Part shown: in pieces, positions 21,812-34,903 of the stretch
Layout: every line of letters starts with the position of its first letter
Position numbering within the stretch: position 1 is the first letter of the stretch
Assembly: GCA_030704615.1 (NCBI GenBank)
Contig: CM060733.1
Coordinates: 63,860,001-63,924,000 of the forward strand
DNA: 64,000 bases
Source: Takakia lepidozioides
Lineage: Eukaryota > Plantae > Bryophyta
Reading direction: 5' to 3'
Notes under the pieces: model-generated
What the model saw: only the letters and a program-made list of their open reading frames with translations
What the model was told of the DNA's origin: nothing
Database searches by the model: none
Position numbers and translations under genes: made by a program

Positions 21812-23571
21812 ATGACCTCCCAGGCCATGGGCTCCCTGGACGCAGAGTTCTTCACTGAGGGTCACCCAGTGCCTTTTTCGTACGAACTGGATGATGATGG
21901 TTTTGTTGTGGTGCAGGAACATGTGCTTGCAACGCAGTTTCGGCTGGAGAATGTCACTCTTTTCCTCGAGAGGGAAGTGTACGATGCCAACGGAAATCTA
22001 CTCAAGTACGCGTTCCAAAAACCCTTGGAGACTGCGCATACCACACAATGGAGAGTGCCTCCAGGCCAATACAGGGTGCTGAGTGCTCCTCGTCGACGGT
22101 CTGCAGGATCGTTTCTTACTCCTGGAACTGCAGCTTCAGTGGCCCAGGAGAAAACACCCATGGTTGTTAAGGAGTCAATTAGCGTTAACACAGTCGTGGA
22201 GTTTTCCGACTCATCTTCCAAGGACGCATGTGAAATACCACCTGTGGATCAGCCATCTCCAATTGTGGAAGCAGATGTAGAGGAGATCTCCAGTGTCATT
22301 CCCAAACTGAAAGCCATGGGTGGAATGGCAGGATTCAAGAGTGAGTTGAGGGGGATTGACTGGAGCACTTTCAGAGTTGAGCGTGTGAAGTTCCTGCCAG
22401 AATCATTTGATGGTAATATTCTTTTTGAGCTGCCCCCTCCGGGACGAGTGGGAGGCATTTCCAGTCTCATGCAAGGTTTGTGTCTAGAGTTCCCCATCTA
22501 GAAGGCGAAGATAGACTCGGGTCTTGCAAACAAAAATTGGACACCCCCCCTGGATCGGATGCAGCTTCCCGTAGGGCGGACAGGGTCAACTTCTCCCCGC
22601 CACGTGTTGCTTTGAATCAGAGATGGAATTGCGGAACATCCACAGGGGAGGGCCATTCAGCCCCATGCCAGACCCCAGCATCAAGCACTCTTACTGCAAT
22701 GGTTGAAGAACGGAACATGGTGTCGGATGTGATGGAGTCCATGTGCTTGGACAAGGTTTGGCATATAGAACGCATAGGTGCTGGATCTCGTGTGAAATGC
22801 GCGGCGATCAGGGCCACCAATCATGAAAAGTGCGCGTCTTTAATATCTAGAGGCAAAGAACGGACTCCAGCTCCTACATTCACTGGTTTGTTTTTCCCTT
22901 ACGGACAAGGAGAGGCAAAGAACCACAAGTTCTGGTTCTGCGCTGACAATTGTGGGAGATGTGTGCGTGGGACTATGCGGCCCTCAGTGGTGATGAAGCC
23001 TCCTCCACCAAACGTGTGGCCTATCAAGATGGGCACAGGTCTCACTCATCAAGAGATCGCAATGCTGGAGGAGGCGGGTTTCTCCCTCGCCAAACATTCC
23101 ATTACATGTGGAGGTGCTTCAAGTTCAAGCACTTCACGGGTGTCTCCTCCTGACACTCACTTGTGGCCAACCAGAGGGGATGAGAAGTTGGTTTGACGAT
23201 TCCCTCCAACTGCAGAACACTTCGGCAAGGTCGAGTCCGCGAGAATGCTTCACGCTCGTGTTGCAGGCACGATGGAAGTGCTTGATCCGGGGTATGGTCA
23301 GGTCTACACCATGATCACATCCGCATCTGCCTTGCAGGACATGACGTACGACATCACTGTTTCCAATTTTCCCAATTGCACCTGTCCTGATTTTGTTGGT
23401 ATGCTTTCAAGTAGTTTGGGAAAAAGAGGGAAATTCATACCGTGCAAACATCTTTATTTCGTGTTCTTGAGAAGGATGGTTTGTGATCCGAAGCGCGACT
23501 TCTTCATTCACCAAGCCACTATGAGTTTCAACGAAGTCAACACACTTCTGCAGCGGGATACAAGCACATAG
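21812..23571 (+). pseudogene. Frameshifted TE-like gene ending in a SWIM zinc finger
   Basis: YDITVSNFPNCTCPDF...PCKHLYFV fits SWIM CxC-x(n)-CxH; three consecutive ORFs in shifted frames. Confidence 0.65.
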
Positions 23572-23759
23572 TCAACATGCACTTGCCATGAAGAAATCTG
23601 AATTTTCCTTGACTACTACTTGTAATGAGTGTTGAAGTCCAATGTCTCTCAGTGTATGTCCGCCAACATCTTCCCAATGCGTGCGTCTACAAATTTGTCG
23701 CATTCGTTCGTCATCCTCTGTTCATTTGCGAACACAACAAGCTTCCTTCAAATGGACAT

Positions 23760-24263
23760 TCTCGGAAATCAACCTCGTGTTAACACAAGGTTGATTTGAA
23801 GTTCTCCAAATCAACCTTGTGTTGATACAAGACCTCCCTTGCGTTTTGATTGACAAAGCTGCTCCCAAGATACAAGTGTTCGTCTAATATGAGATTGAGT
23901 GGTTGCACCCCAAATGAAGTTTCGGATTAGAGCCTTAATCTCCTTCACCATTGCTGTACCTGGGTCCCAAACAACTGTTGAAAACCAACAGGAACCAAGT
24001 AGCACTTGGTTGGCCACCAATGCTCTGACGAACTCCAATGGTGCGCTAGAGATCTCTTTAACCTTATAGGCACAGCTTGCATTATGCTCTGCTGAGACAA
24101 GTTAAGTCCAATTGGATGGCCTAAGAGTGTGTGTGACTCACCATCTTGAAGCCATTGCAAGCCCAAGTCTTGCCCCCAAATATTGCAATGCGAAGATGAT
24201 GCTTGATTTTGTAACTGCGAGAGAATACCCATAGATTTCCCCAGTTGATCCTTAGACTAGAGC
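23760..24263 (-). mobile_element. LINE (L1/Tx1-like) RT C-terminal fragment
   Basis: SLRINWG; EIKALIRNFIWG...VSWEQLCQSKRKGGL. Confidence 0.8.
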
Positions 24264-25461
24264 CATAGTTATCATTCCTGACGTGACGTGGCGCTGACAC
24301 TCGGCCGTCATGTCCGACATGCGTCACGTCACGTCGAATCCGGACGTTTATCCATGTAATTGTTTTTTACATTTATCTTTTACGATTTACTTCTACCCTT
24401 TCTAATGACATGGCAGCCACGGTGTAAAACAGACGTGGCCAATTAATAATATTTATTAATTCATTTAAAAAAATGCATCCGCCTATATTGGCGGTCGCTT
24501 ATAATTTATTATTTTTTAAATCAAACGACCGCCCATATTGGTGGTCGCTTGTAATTTAATATTTTGTTAAATTAAGCGACCGTCAACAACTTCCAAAATC
24601 GAGGGCCTACCTTGATATAAATAATTAGTTTGGGTTTTCCAAGTTTCCTCTAGAAAATTCCACTGCCTAGTAATATCGGGAACTAACTGTCAGCATGTAT
24701 TACTCAACAGTTAAATGTATATCTAGATGTTTCCACTACATAGTAATGTACTCAATTACATGTCAGCATTGGTTTTACTCAGTAGTGAAATAGGTATCCA
24801 GATATTTCCATTGCGCCATAGTGATATTGGAAACTACCTGTTAGCATGTCTTACTCACTAGTGAAATTTATATCTGGAACTTGCCAACACATAATAATTT
24901 GTTCAACTACATGCCAGCATGGCTTGATAGTACATCTTACTCATAGTGCAATGTGTGTCTACATATTTTCACTAATAGTTTTACCATCAACTGCACGTCA
25001 GCATGGCTTGGTAATCATCTTACTCAATAGTAAAATGGATAACAAGATAATTCCCCTATATAGTAATACTTTCAACTACATATCAGCATGAGGTACATCA
25101 CTTCTCACTAAGGAGTGAAATCATGGTCATCAATATTCACTATATAGTAAATCACTCCACTACATGTGTACTGGTGTAATGAAACGTATTATTGCCATGT
25201 GTAGTGGTGTAGTGAAACCTCATTCACTGCTAGGTGTACTACTGTAGTGAAACCAAACACTGTCCGAACCCCTACCCGAAAAATTTGGTGGGCCCGACCG
25301 TAGTGAAATATTTTGTATAACTGACATGATTGTTATTTCTACTTCACTACGTGACTGAAATGACGCGCCTGAAACGATTGGTTGTCGGTAGTGAAACATG
25401 ACTGATACGACTCAAAAAATAGTGAAATGGGTAGTGGTAAAATCCAGATCCTGTTGTAGTG
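24264..25461. mobile_element. Non-autonomous DNA-transposon insertion splitting the LINE RT; CACTA-type right end
   Basis: Ends in ...CCTGTTGTAGTG (reverse complement CACTACAACAGG) with many TAGTGAAA subterminal repeats. The left end CATAGTTATCA is hAT-like and does not match it. AT-rich, with internal CGACCGCC.ATATTGG.GGTCGC hairpins. Confidence 0.6.
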
Positions 25462-25775
25462 GTTGTTTCTGACAGGTTCTCAGGGTTGGCTTGGAGATAC
25501 AATACTGTGTCATCAACGAATATGGGTCTTTTATTTCCGTTGTAGTGCCAGTGAGGGTTTGGGTTCGCAAACCATTGATGTTAGGATTGCTGTCCAAAAG
25601 GTAGTCAAGAGAGTCAGCCACAAGCAGAAATAGGAATGACCTGCCAGTGGGCAACCTTGCCGAGCAGAGTGCTGAAGCTGGAATGGCTTAAAGGTGAACC
25701 CATTGACCGTGACCCTGCTGGTGGCATTATTTAGAAGGATGGAAACATTGTTATTCTGAACATCCGCATGCATTC
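25462..25775 (-). mobile_element. LINE RT fragment (upstream continuation of 23760-24263)
   Basis: ATSRVTVNG...SARQGCPLA, followed by a degenerate DDTVLYL motif. Confidence 0.8.
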
Positions 25776-26054
25776 CAATGTTTGCTTATACTTCAAGAGA
25801 AAATGGAAGAACCCCTTGGAAGAAAGCGGCGGAAAGTGGAGCACAATCCCATGCTCGTAGGCGGTTTGGCGATAATAGTAGAGCACATTCTTTCGAAACT
25901 GGCACCATTGAGCATGCATGGCACGTCTTGGCACAACCATGAAAGCAACACCAGTCCGAAGAAACCGAATGATAACCCTATAGGAGCCTACATGACAACC
26001 CCCTGAATCATCGTTGGATGCTTGCCATTTGCCGCCACACCCGCCGCTAGATGT

Positions 26055-26707
26055 GTAAGTGGGGATGGAGATCGATGGGGATCGATTGGTCCACCGGGGA
26101 TCGACGGGGGGGGGGGGGGGGGTGGCGAGGGGCAGGGGACGGCGGGGATCAAGCAGGGGTGGGGGATCAAGGAGGGGTCTGGGGGATCTGTAGGCCCGGG
26201 GGATTGTCGGACGTGATGCCAGAGGGGGGACGGAGGGGATGGAATGAGGGTGGGGGATCGATATCCAAGGGGGTTCGGCGAGTAGGGGGATCGTGGGAGG
26301 AGGTGTCACGTGGCTCTAATGGGGACGGCGGGGATGAGCCGGGAGTGGGGGATCGCAGAGCCCGGGACCTGCGGCACCCTGGGGGACACGGGGTGCTGGG
26401 GGATCGTCGGAGGGGATGCCATGTTGGTCAGAAGGGGACGGCAGAGATCTCGTACGACGGGGGGATTCATAATCGAAGGTGGATCGCCCCGGCCGGATGG
26501 GATTCGGCTGGGGATGGACGGAAATTGCAACACGTGGGCGAAGGGACGGCGGGGATCAGCTGGGAGTGGGGGATCTGTGGCCCGAGGGATCTGCGCGAAC
26601 CGGGGGGACACGGCCGGGGGATGGTGTGGGGGGTGCCACTTGGACAGGTGGGGGACGGCGGGGATCGGCCAGGACTGGGGGATTTGTGAGCCTTGGGGAT
26701 TGGCGCA
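26055..26707 (+). repeat. G-rich GGGGATC-motif repeat element; continues at 33263-33378 and 47589-47940
   Basis: Same-strand G-rich GGGG(G)ATC(G) motifs on both sides of the chromovirus and of the TIR element. Confidence 0.7.
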
Positions 26708-29700
26708 GTGAGTCTTGGCCCACCCACCACGGTCCCATTGGACCGTGATGAGTCCCAAGACTCCCCACGACTCCCACCACAAGGTCTCCGCCCCCATGGT
26801 GAGTCCTATGCCACCCCCACTAAGTCCCACTAAGCTACCACCACCCCTTGTGGAACCACCCCCACCGCAACCCGGTGTGCGGGGCTCCACCTAGTGAGCG
26901 CCTCCGTCTCCTTGAGTGCCTTGGGCACTCAAGGGTGCTTCAGCCCCCGCAACTAATGTTGCCACTGCCCCCACCACAGGGGCAGCCCCTCATGTGTTCC
27001 GACCCCCTGCCCTCAAGGCAAAGGGCCGCGACACACACCCCTACCCACAGGGAGTCGATGTCCTCATCGACTTGTCCATTTTGTAGAAACGAACATCCAA
27101 GTTGTGGCGTCCCACATCAAGGAGTTTGTTTCCACACCATGGCGTCCCATGGCTAAGAACCAAACCCCCACTTGACTCTACTCTCCACTAGCTAGTTCGG
27201 CCGACTTCCTCCAAGTCCCGGCCAAGGGTGGAGCCTCTTAAGCTCCTCCCAGTGCACTCTTCTTGACCCACTGCAGGGCCAAGGAACGATCCTCCTCGAG
27301 GATCGAATCGCCTTACTGCAACAACATTTGCTTGCGACCGCTCGTGATGTCGCTTTTGGCATCACCTTGAGCAAGGGTTCGCCTTGAACCCTTTTTGACT
27401 AGGAAGATAACCTTGAACCAACCGTGTGCCTCAATCACTACAATTCGGTCCGCCTTAGAATGCTGGCCTGAGGTACGGGAACACGCCGAAGCTGCATTAC
27501 GACTTCGTCCCGAGGCTACACGATTATAGTACGTAAACGGAAGCACGTAGCTTCCGCGTTAGCCCGCACTACAAGGCAACCCCCTCGGTAGCGCAGTTAT
27601 AGTATGCGCATGCGCCACGTGCGCACTAGCACGTGAACTCCCAACGAAGGTGTAAGTTTCCTTACCCCTTGGGTGAGAGTATCCCGATTTCGGCACTACA
27701 CAAACACATGATTAATCCAATTTACCTCTCCCACTTTGTAAGCTTAGCATGCATTCTACACACTAGCCAACCATACCATGCATCACCATTCCAAACAAAA
27801 TAGGACACACAACATTTGGAAACCATTTCATTTATAACAAAATTTGTACAATACAAGTTTTTGCAATCGGATTCCTGAGCTATCTAAGCCGGGCTAAGCA
27901 TGCATTTCCTCCCCCACGATCCAAGGTTGATGTCCCCATCAACGCTTCTTCCGCTTTTGAGGTCGCCCTTCGAAAGCTGTAACTGCCTCGGATGCGTTTC
28001 CCATTTCTGAGGCACGCACCCAAGATGCCTCCACATGATGATAGCCCTTCTATTTCACGAGATACTCTGTTTCTCGATTCTTGAACCTCCTCGACTTAAG
28101 CACTGCCTCCACCTCGTACTCAGGTTCATTTTCATGATCTAACAGCACATGTGGCGGACGCAACACTTGATGCCGATTCGGATGCGCTTCATCTTTAAAA
28201 TAAGGCTTCAAAAGGGAGACGTGGAATACCGGATGCACCTTGCTATTTGCCGGCAACTCCAATTCATACACATCCTTATTCATAACCTTCCGGATGCGAA
28301 AGGGTCCCGCATACGGAGGTACGAACTTCGGACTCACTTCCGGAGGTAGTCGAAAATTCTTGATGTTCAATCAGACCTCCGTGCCTGCCTCAAACTTAAC
28401 CTCCCTCCGCTTCCGATTCGCCTGCCGTTCATACCGTTTCCTAGCTTTGGCAATGTTGTACTTTGCGAGCTTCAACAAACGCTCGCATTCTTCCAGCACT
28501 GCCGCTGCTGCCGGTTCCTCAACGTCTTGGGCGGCCCAACTTGTCGGCACCAGAGGTGCTTTTCCATAGACCAATACGAAAGGGGAAACTCCCGTTGCGG
28601 AGTGTTTTGTGTTATTATAACAGAACTCTGCCGCATCCAAGTGCTCCACCTAGTCTGATTGATCCGCCGACACGTAATTCCGCAAGATCTGCTTCACCAC
28701 GGAATTCACCCTTTCCGTTTGGCCGTCTGTCGTAGGTCGGAAGGCGGTGCTCATTTTGAGCCTCGTCCCCATTTTCTTCCAAAATACCCTCCAAAATTTA
28801 CTAGTAAACTTTGGATCACGGTCCGAGACAATATCCTTCGGGAGTCCATGATGCTTGAAGACGTGGGCGAAGTAAAGTCGCCCCGTCTCCTGCCCCGTTG
28901 CCGTCTCCTTGGTGGGGATGAAATGGCCCATTTTACTGAACCTATCCACCACCACCATGATTGCATCGAATCCTTTTGACAGTGGCATAGCAATCATGAA
29001 GTCCATCGAGACACTTTCGCAAGACCCCTCTGGAATCGGCAAGGGTTGTAACAGCCCCGCTTGCTTTTTGTACTCGCTCCGGTTTTGTTGGCATGTGGTG
29101 CATGTCTTGACATACTCCTCGGCCTCCTCCCTTAGTTTGGGCCAGAAATACTCTTTTTTCAAGAGTGCTGCGGTGCGCTTGACTCCGCCGTGGCCCGCAA
29201 GCGGGCCATCATGGCATTCTCTCAAGAGACTATCTTTGATCCCTCCCTTCAGCACGTAGAGACGCCTTTGCTTGTACCGGAGTAGTCCATTTTGCAAGTA
29301 GAACTGCGATTTAACCCCCATCCTCAAGTCCCGCATCACGGACTTCGCCATCTCATCCTTCCGGTAAGCCTTCCGGATCTTCCTCTGGAGCGCCGACTCG
29401 CCCTTGTACATTAACATGAGCTGCTGCTTTCTACTTAAAGCATCGGCCACCACATGTACTGGATATCCACGTCGAACACCGCCAAAGTGTCTTGCCACCT
29501 AAGTTGTTTTGGGGACAACTTAGGCTACGTGGCAAAATACTTCACCGTGACATTGTCCGTGAACACCTTCACCGGGTTGGAACCAACATAGTGGCGCCAA
29601 AGCTCAAGGCAATGCACCACCGCCTTCATCTCTTTCTCGTGCGTTGGCCACCGCCGCTCCATTTCATTCAGTTTCTTACTTTCGTAAGCCACTGGACGTC

Positions 29701-32700
29701 CATCATGCATGAGCACACCTCCAATCGCGAAGTCCGACGCATCCGTATGAATCTCAAATGGGCGGTCGAACTCCGGGAGTTTTAGGACTGGAGCTTCCGC
29801 CATCCGCTGCTTCAACTCGGCAAAAGCTTGGCCACAAAAGGTGTTCCATACCCAGACTTTGGATTTACACAGGAGGTCTGACAGCGGCCCCGCGATCTTG
29901 GCGAAATTTCTCACATACTTTCGGTAATAGGAGGCGAGTCCTAAAAATGATCGCACTCATGGGACCAAAGTCGGAGGCTCCCAGTCCAAGATTGCTCTCA
30001 CCTTTCTGTCATCCATTTTGATCCCATCCTGTGTAATCACATGCCCCAAGAACTCCATTTTTGTGACCCCGAATTCGCACTTTGAAGCTTTGGCATACAG
30101 CTTCCCTTCCCGTAATTTCTGGAATACCCTTTTGAGATGCTCCAGGTGCTCTTCCTTTGTTTTCGAGTACACCAAGATGTCGTCGATGTACACGATCACA
30201 AAGTCGTCCAACCACTCCTGGAAAAGACTGTTCATTAGCGTGCTAAAGGTTGCGGGTGCGTTGGTGAGCCCAAAAGGCATCACCAAGAACTCATAGGAAC
30301 CATACCTTGTCCTGCACGCGGTCTTTTCCTCATCTCCTTCCGCCACTCGAATTTGATGATACCCGGAGGGCAAATTGATCCGGCTGAAATACTTCGCTCT
30401 TGCCAACCGATCGAGGTCGTCGATCCTTGGCAAAGGGTATCGGTTTTTGATAGTCACCTTATTCAGAGCCCTGTAATCGACACACATCCGCAGCGTCCCG
30501 TCTTTTTTATCCGCGAATAGCACCGGGGCTCCGTAAGGTGACTTACTCGGCTGGATGTACCCCTTTGACATTAGATCCTTGAGCTGAGTCTTCAGCTCGA
30601 CCAACTCTCTGTGGCTCAACCGGTAGGGCGCCTCGGCAGGCGGCTCCGATCCCGGTATCACCTCAATCTTGTGGTCAACTCCTCTTCGCGGTGGCAAGCC
30701 GCTTGGTAAATCCTCCGGCATCACATCCTAATATTTCTCCAAAATCCCCTTGATCCAATCTGGGCTCGGCTCCCCATCACCTTCTCCCTTCACTTGTCTT
30801 ACATAGAGCAAACACTGGGGCTCGTGTGGCTCCTCCACGGCCCACTCTTTCGCTGACAACAGGTTTATTCGCCCTCCCACTGGGTTGGGCGTTTCCGACA
30901 CTCTTAAAACTTCGCCACCATTCCACACGGTAGCGTGACTATTCTCTTGCGGCCATCTATGACCGCTCCTGATTTGCTCAAAAAGGTCATCCCCAAAATG
31001 AGATCCACTCCATCGATCTCGCAAATGGTGAAGTTCTCGCGTCCCTCCCAACTCCCGAGCTGAAGATGAACATCGAACGCCAACCTCGTCGCCAATTGTG
31101 GTTCTCCTTTAGCATAATGCACCTCAATAGAAGCCCCCACTTCACTTGTCGGGAGTCCCAGCTTCCGTGCCATTGCCGGTGTCATGAAGGAGTGTGACGC
31201 TCATGTGTCCACCAACAACGACACGTTAGTTCCAAAAATTATCCCACTCACGAACAATAACTGACTCCCTTTGCGCAGGGCGCCAGTTTCCTGGTACAAC
31301 TCACAAGAGTAGTTGCCTACCTTGCAAGTCTTGGCAACCACTGCCTCCACCAAGCGGCTAATGGAATCCTCGGACAACTCCGTGGTTGCCCGAGTCATGT
31401 TCAATTGTCGGGGTTTCGCGCATTTTTTGGCCATGTGCCCGGGTTCCCCGCAATTAAAGCACACTCCATCAAAGGTCGCCTTCTGCTCGCCATAAGCCGT
31501 CGCACCTGGTTTTCCTTTCGGGGCACCGGGTGCCGTCTTGACGTGTGAGGGCCCTCCTTTCGATTTCCATGTGCCATTGTCGCTGCGTGGCCTATCCCAC
31601 TTCTTTTCCGGTCAGAAGGAGTCATCCTCCCGCCGGACCTTCTTGTGGTTCAGCTCCATACGGCCTTGCCTTTCGCCCCTAGGGACGTCCGAGAAACATT
31701 CAGCCCTTTCAATTGCCTCGTTCAAAGTCTTAGGTGGCTTCTCCTCCAACTTCCGCCTGGCCCATGGGGCCAATCCCGCCACAAAGTTGAAGACCATTTC
31801 TGGTTCTGCCATGTCCGCGACTTTGAGCAACAGCACATTGAAAGCCTGAAACATATCCCCGGATGTCATCCGTTTGCTTCAAATTCCTCATCTTGTCCCG
31901 GGCGAGCCAGGACGCGTTTAGGGGCACAAACTGTCTCTTCATAAGTTCCTTGAACCTACCCCAATTCAAGGTTTCCGGGTTTGGACCTCGGTCGTGAAGG
32001 CGTTTCTGCCACCATTGTTGAGCATAACCCCTCAAATAGATGGGAGCCACTTCCACCCGATCCTCGTCACTCAACTTGGCCGCCCGGAAGTACTACTCTA
32101 GCTCCAAGAGCCAGGTGTTGAGTGCTTTTCAATTTCGGATGCCCTCAAAGGTGTCGGGTTCCTTAGGCTTCACCTTAAACTTTGCCTTAGTGGAAGTGGC
32201 ATTAGCCGCCTTCAACACGTTTTTTAATGTCCCGCCAAACTGCGCCAACAACCCTTCCTAAAAGGCTGCTGGCATGGGAGGCATCTGTTGGTCTGTCGGA
32301 GCTCTCAGGAATTCCTCGGGCTCCGACTCCTCAGATTCCTCCCGTCCTTGAACGACCTCGCTTCCAAAGGCATGAATTGCTTCCTCAAATGGCCGCTTCG
32401 GTGACACGTCGCCCCCATCGGGCTCACCAGGATCATCATCTTTCGGGCCGTTCCACTTTAGCTTTGGCTTGCCTGACCCCATGATGAGGCCGATCCCAAG
32501 GACGATCGCGTATTGAACTCTAAGCTCTGATACCAAGTGTCGCGCACCTCACTTCGGTAAGCTCCCCTTCAAGTCATAGTTACTCGCTTAGATGCGCGTG
32601 CCTAACTCCCTAACTGGCCGCCGGGCCAACTCGGAGCTTCGGCTGCTCACCGGGACATAACGGTCCCCCTTTACTCCCCCACAAGACCCTCTCCCAATTT

Positions 32701-33262
32701 GGGCCTAGTGGAAATTCCCTTTGGTCGATGGCAGTCCGAAATAGCTCCCCACACCTTGGTCGGTTTCCGGCTCGCATGCTTACTCACTAGTTTTTGGACA
32801 CCAACGGGCTTGCACCGTTCTCGGGGTTACTACTCCCTATATATACTTCTGTGACTGTCCGCGGGGGTTTCACAAACAATCATGCCATTTTATGGCGAAC
32901 CACCACGAAAACCCTCGATTCCCGGTGATGAGTCGTGGTGAGTCTTGGCCCACCCACCACGGTCCCATTGGACCGTGATGAGTCCCAAGACTCCCCACGA
33001 CTCCCACCACAAGGTCTCCGCCCCCATGATGAGTCCTATGCCACCCCCACTAAGTCCCACTAAGCTACCACCACCCCTTGTGGAACCACCCCCACCGCAA
33101 CCCGGTGTGCGGGGCTCCACCTAGTGAGCGCCTCCGCCTCCTTGAGTGCCTTGGGCACTCAAGGGTGCTTCAGCCCCCGCAACTAATGTTGCCACTGCCC
33201 CCACCACAGGGGCAGCCCCTCACGTGTCCCGACCCCTGCCCTCAAGGCAAAGGGTCGCGACA
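26708..33262 (-). mobile_element. Ty3/gypsy chromovirus (possibly Galadriel-like), near full length, inactivated
   Basis: 5' LTR 32538-33262 (TGTCGCG...CGCGACA); tRNA-iMet PBS TGGTATCAGAGC at 32524-32535; gag, PR, RT, RNase H, integrase, chromodomain; 3' LTR truncated to 26708-27033. Confidence 0.95.
27940..32482 (-). pseudogene. Chromovirus gag-pol
   Basis: CFNCGEPGHMAKKC; LVDT*ASH; [10 protein letters not shown]; IHTDASDFAIGGVL; integrase HHCC zinc finger and VSDRDPKF/DGQTE core; YAGPF; chromodomain EYEVEAVL...EYLVK*KGY. Multiple stops and frameshifts. Confidence 0.95.
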
Positions 33263-34903
33263 CCCAGGCACGAGCGGGGGATCGTCGGAGGGGGTGATGC
33301 GTGGATGTGAAGGGGGATGCGGGGATCGGCCGGCCGTGGGGGATTTGTGAGGCCGGGATATCGGCGGCAGGTGGTGACTACGGAAGCCCAAAAAGGCCAT
33401 ACTCGTATACTACCCCGGAACATGGAATATTTTTGAGCCCGGGCTTAAGATTCCAAAAGCCCGGGACAAGATTCTCTTGCCTATGGTGTGGTTGAAGAAC
33501 ATGACGCATGTCTTATGTACCCTAAGTAACCTTAGTTGACCAAGGGTCTAAGTATATACCATGTATTTAACTTGTATATCTTTAAAATACAAATAACTCG
33601 TATGTACCTAGTAGTTGTACCTCATAGCAGGAGCACGATAACTGGACCTTGGAATGCCCGAGCTTTCTCCAGGCAGGTTTTGTGGAGAGTCTGAGTAAGA
33701 TTTTGGTTTTCTCCATCTATTGACAATGTTGAGTACTCAACACAGGTGATTCCAAAGACTGTTGCTGATTCGGGAGGTAGGGCATGTATGTCAACTGAAG
33801 GCATCATTGAGGTGATTTGCAATTAAAATCCAGTACCTTGCTCTTGACCAGCTTTTTATCTGGAGATGTTTCTATCCATCATCACTAGCATGCACGCTTT
33901 CTCAGTAAGATAAGGTCCTTGCAGACGAGATGGAGATGACATAGTGTGGACTAAGGATCCCATGTTTTCCATCTTACCCTTGAGATTCTGGTAATTCGCC
34001 AATTGGTACTCAACATTAGTGTTTAGCCCTGATTCAGTAGTCAACAAATCTTGTGACCCCCCCTCGCCGTGTTTATTTGACCAGCTTACTTCAGGTCAGG
34101 TAGTGCATGGGTTTTAGTTGGAGAAGGGGTCTCTCCTTTAGAGTATGCCTACATGGGCCATCCCCTATGGATTGATGATCTCTGAATGCTGGATGCTCAA
34201 CAATTGGGCTAAGGTATGCCCTGTTTTTCATTTCTTGCCTGCTATAAATACATCCTCCTAATCCCCAGGCCGATTTCTGGTGATCTGTCTAAAGAATGCA
34301 TTGACAGGTAGGGTCCCACATCAAGATATTTTCTGGGAAGCTTGACGCTTGACTGGTTGGAGAGGTACCTTAGACACAGGTGATTCAATGTGGGGGCCAG
34401 AGGTAAGACAGTCACCCAAAACTGACTACTACGGATGGCAAACCTAGTGGTAAGCCAACCCCTCAGGTGTATGCAAGAGTGTCATGTCAGTCAGATCTGG
34501 CTTTGTGTGCAGTGATGTGAACAAATGATATGGCATGATTAGGCATTAATGGGTCAGGTTCTTTGCATGCAGGCTTTTGATCGCCTTGTGTAAAATGAGG
34601 ATGCATTGAAAAGCTGAACCCAGACCACAGACAAGTACTGCACTGATTGCAGGATGTACTCATCAAGCTTGGAGTGCCCGAGCTTTCCTATAAGCTGATT
34701 GCCAGCACGCAGCAACAACCAACAGCAGAGTGAGTGCCCTGGATGCATGGCAGGTGATCAACAGCGTCAAAGAGTGGTCTCATGTACTGCACTGATTGTA
34801 GGATGTACTCATCAAGCTTGGAGTGCCTGAGCTTTCCTATATGCTGATTGTCAGCACGCAGCAACAGTGCCCGAGCAGGAAGGTTCTCCGTTGTTAGAGT
34901 ACA

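Noticed and set aside
25731-26890. Pro-rich and Gly-rich ORFs (also 47521-48022 and 54845-55359)
   Set aside because: Low-complexity GC-rich repeat or LTR sequence that is open in several frames.
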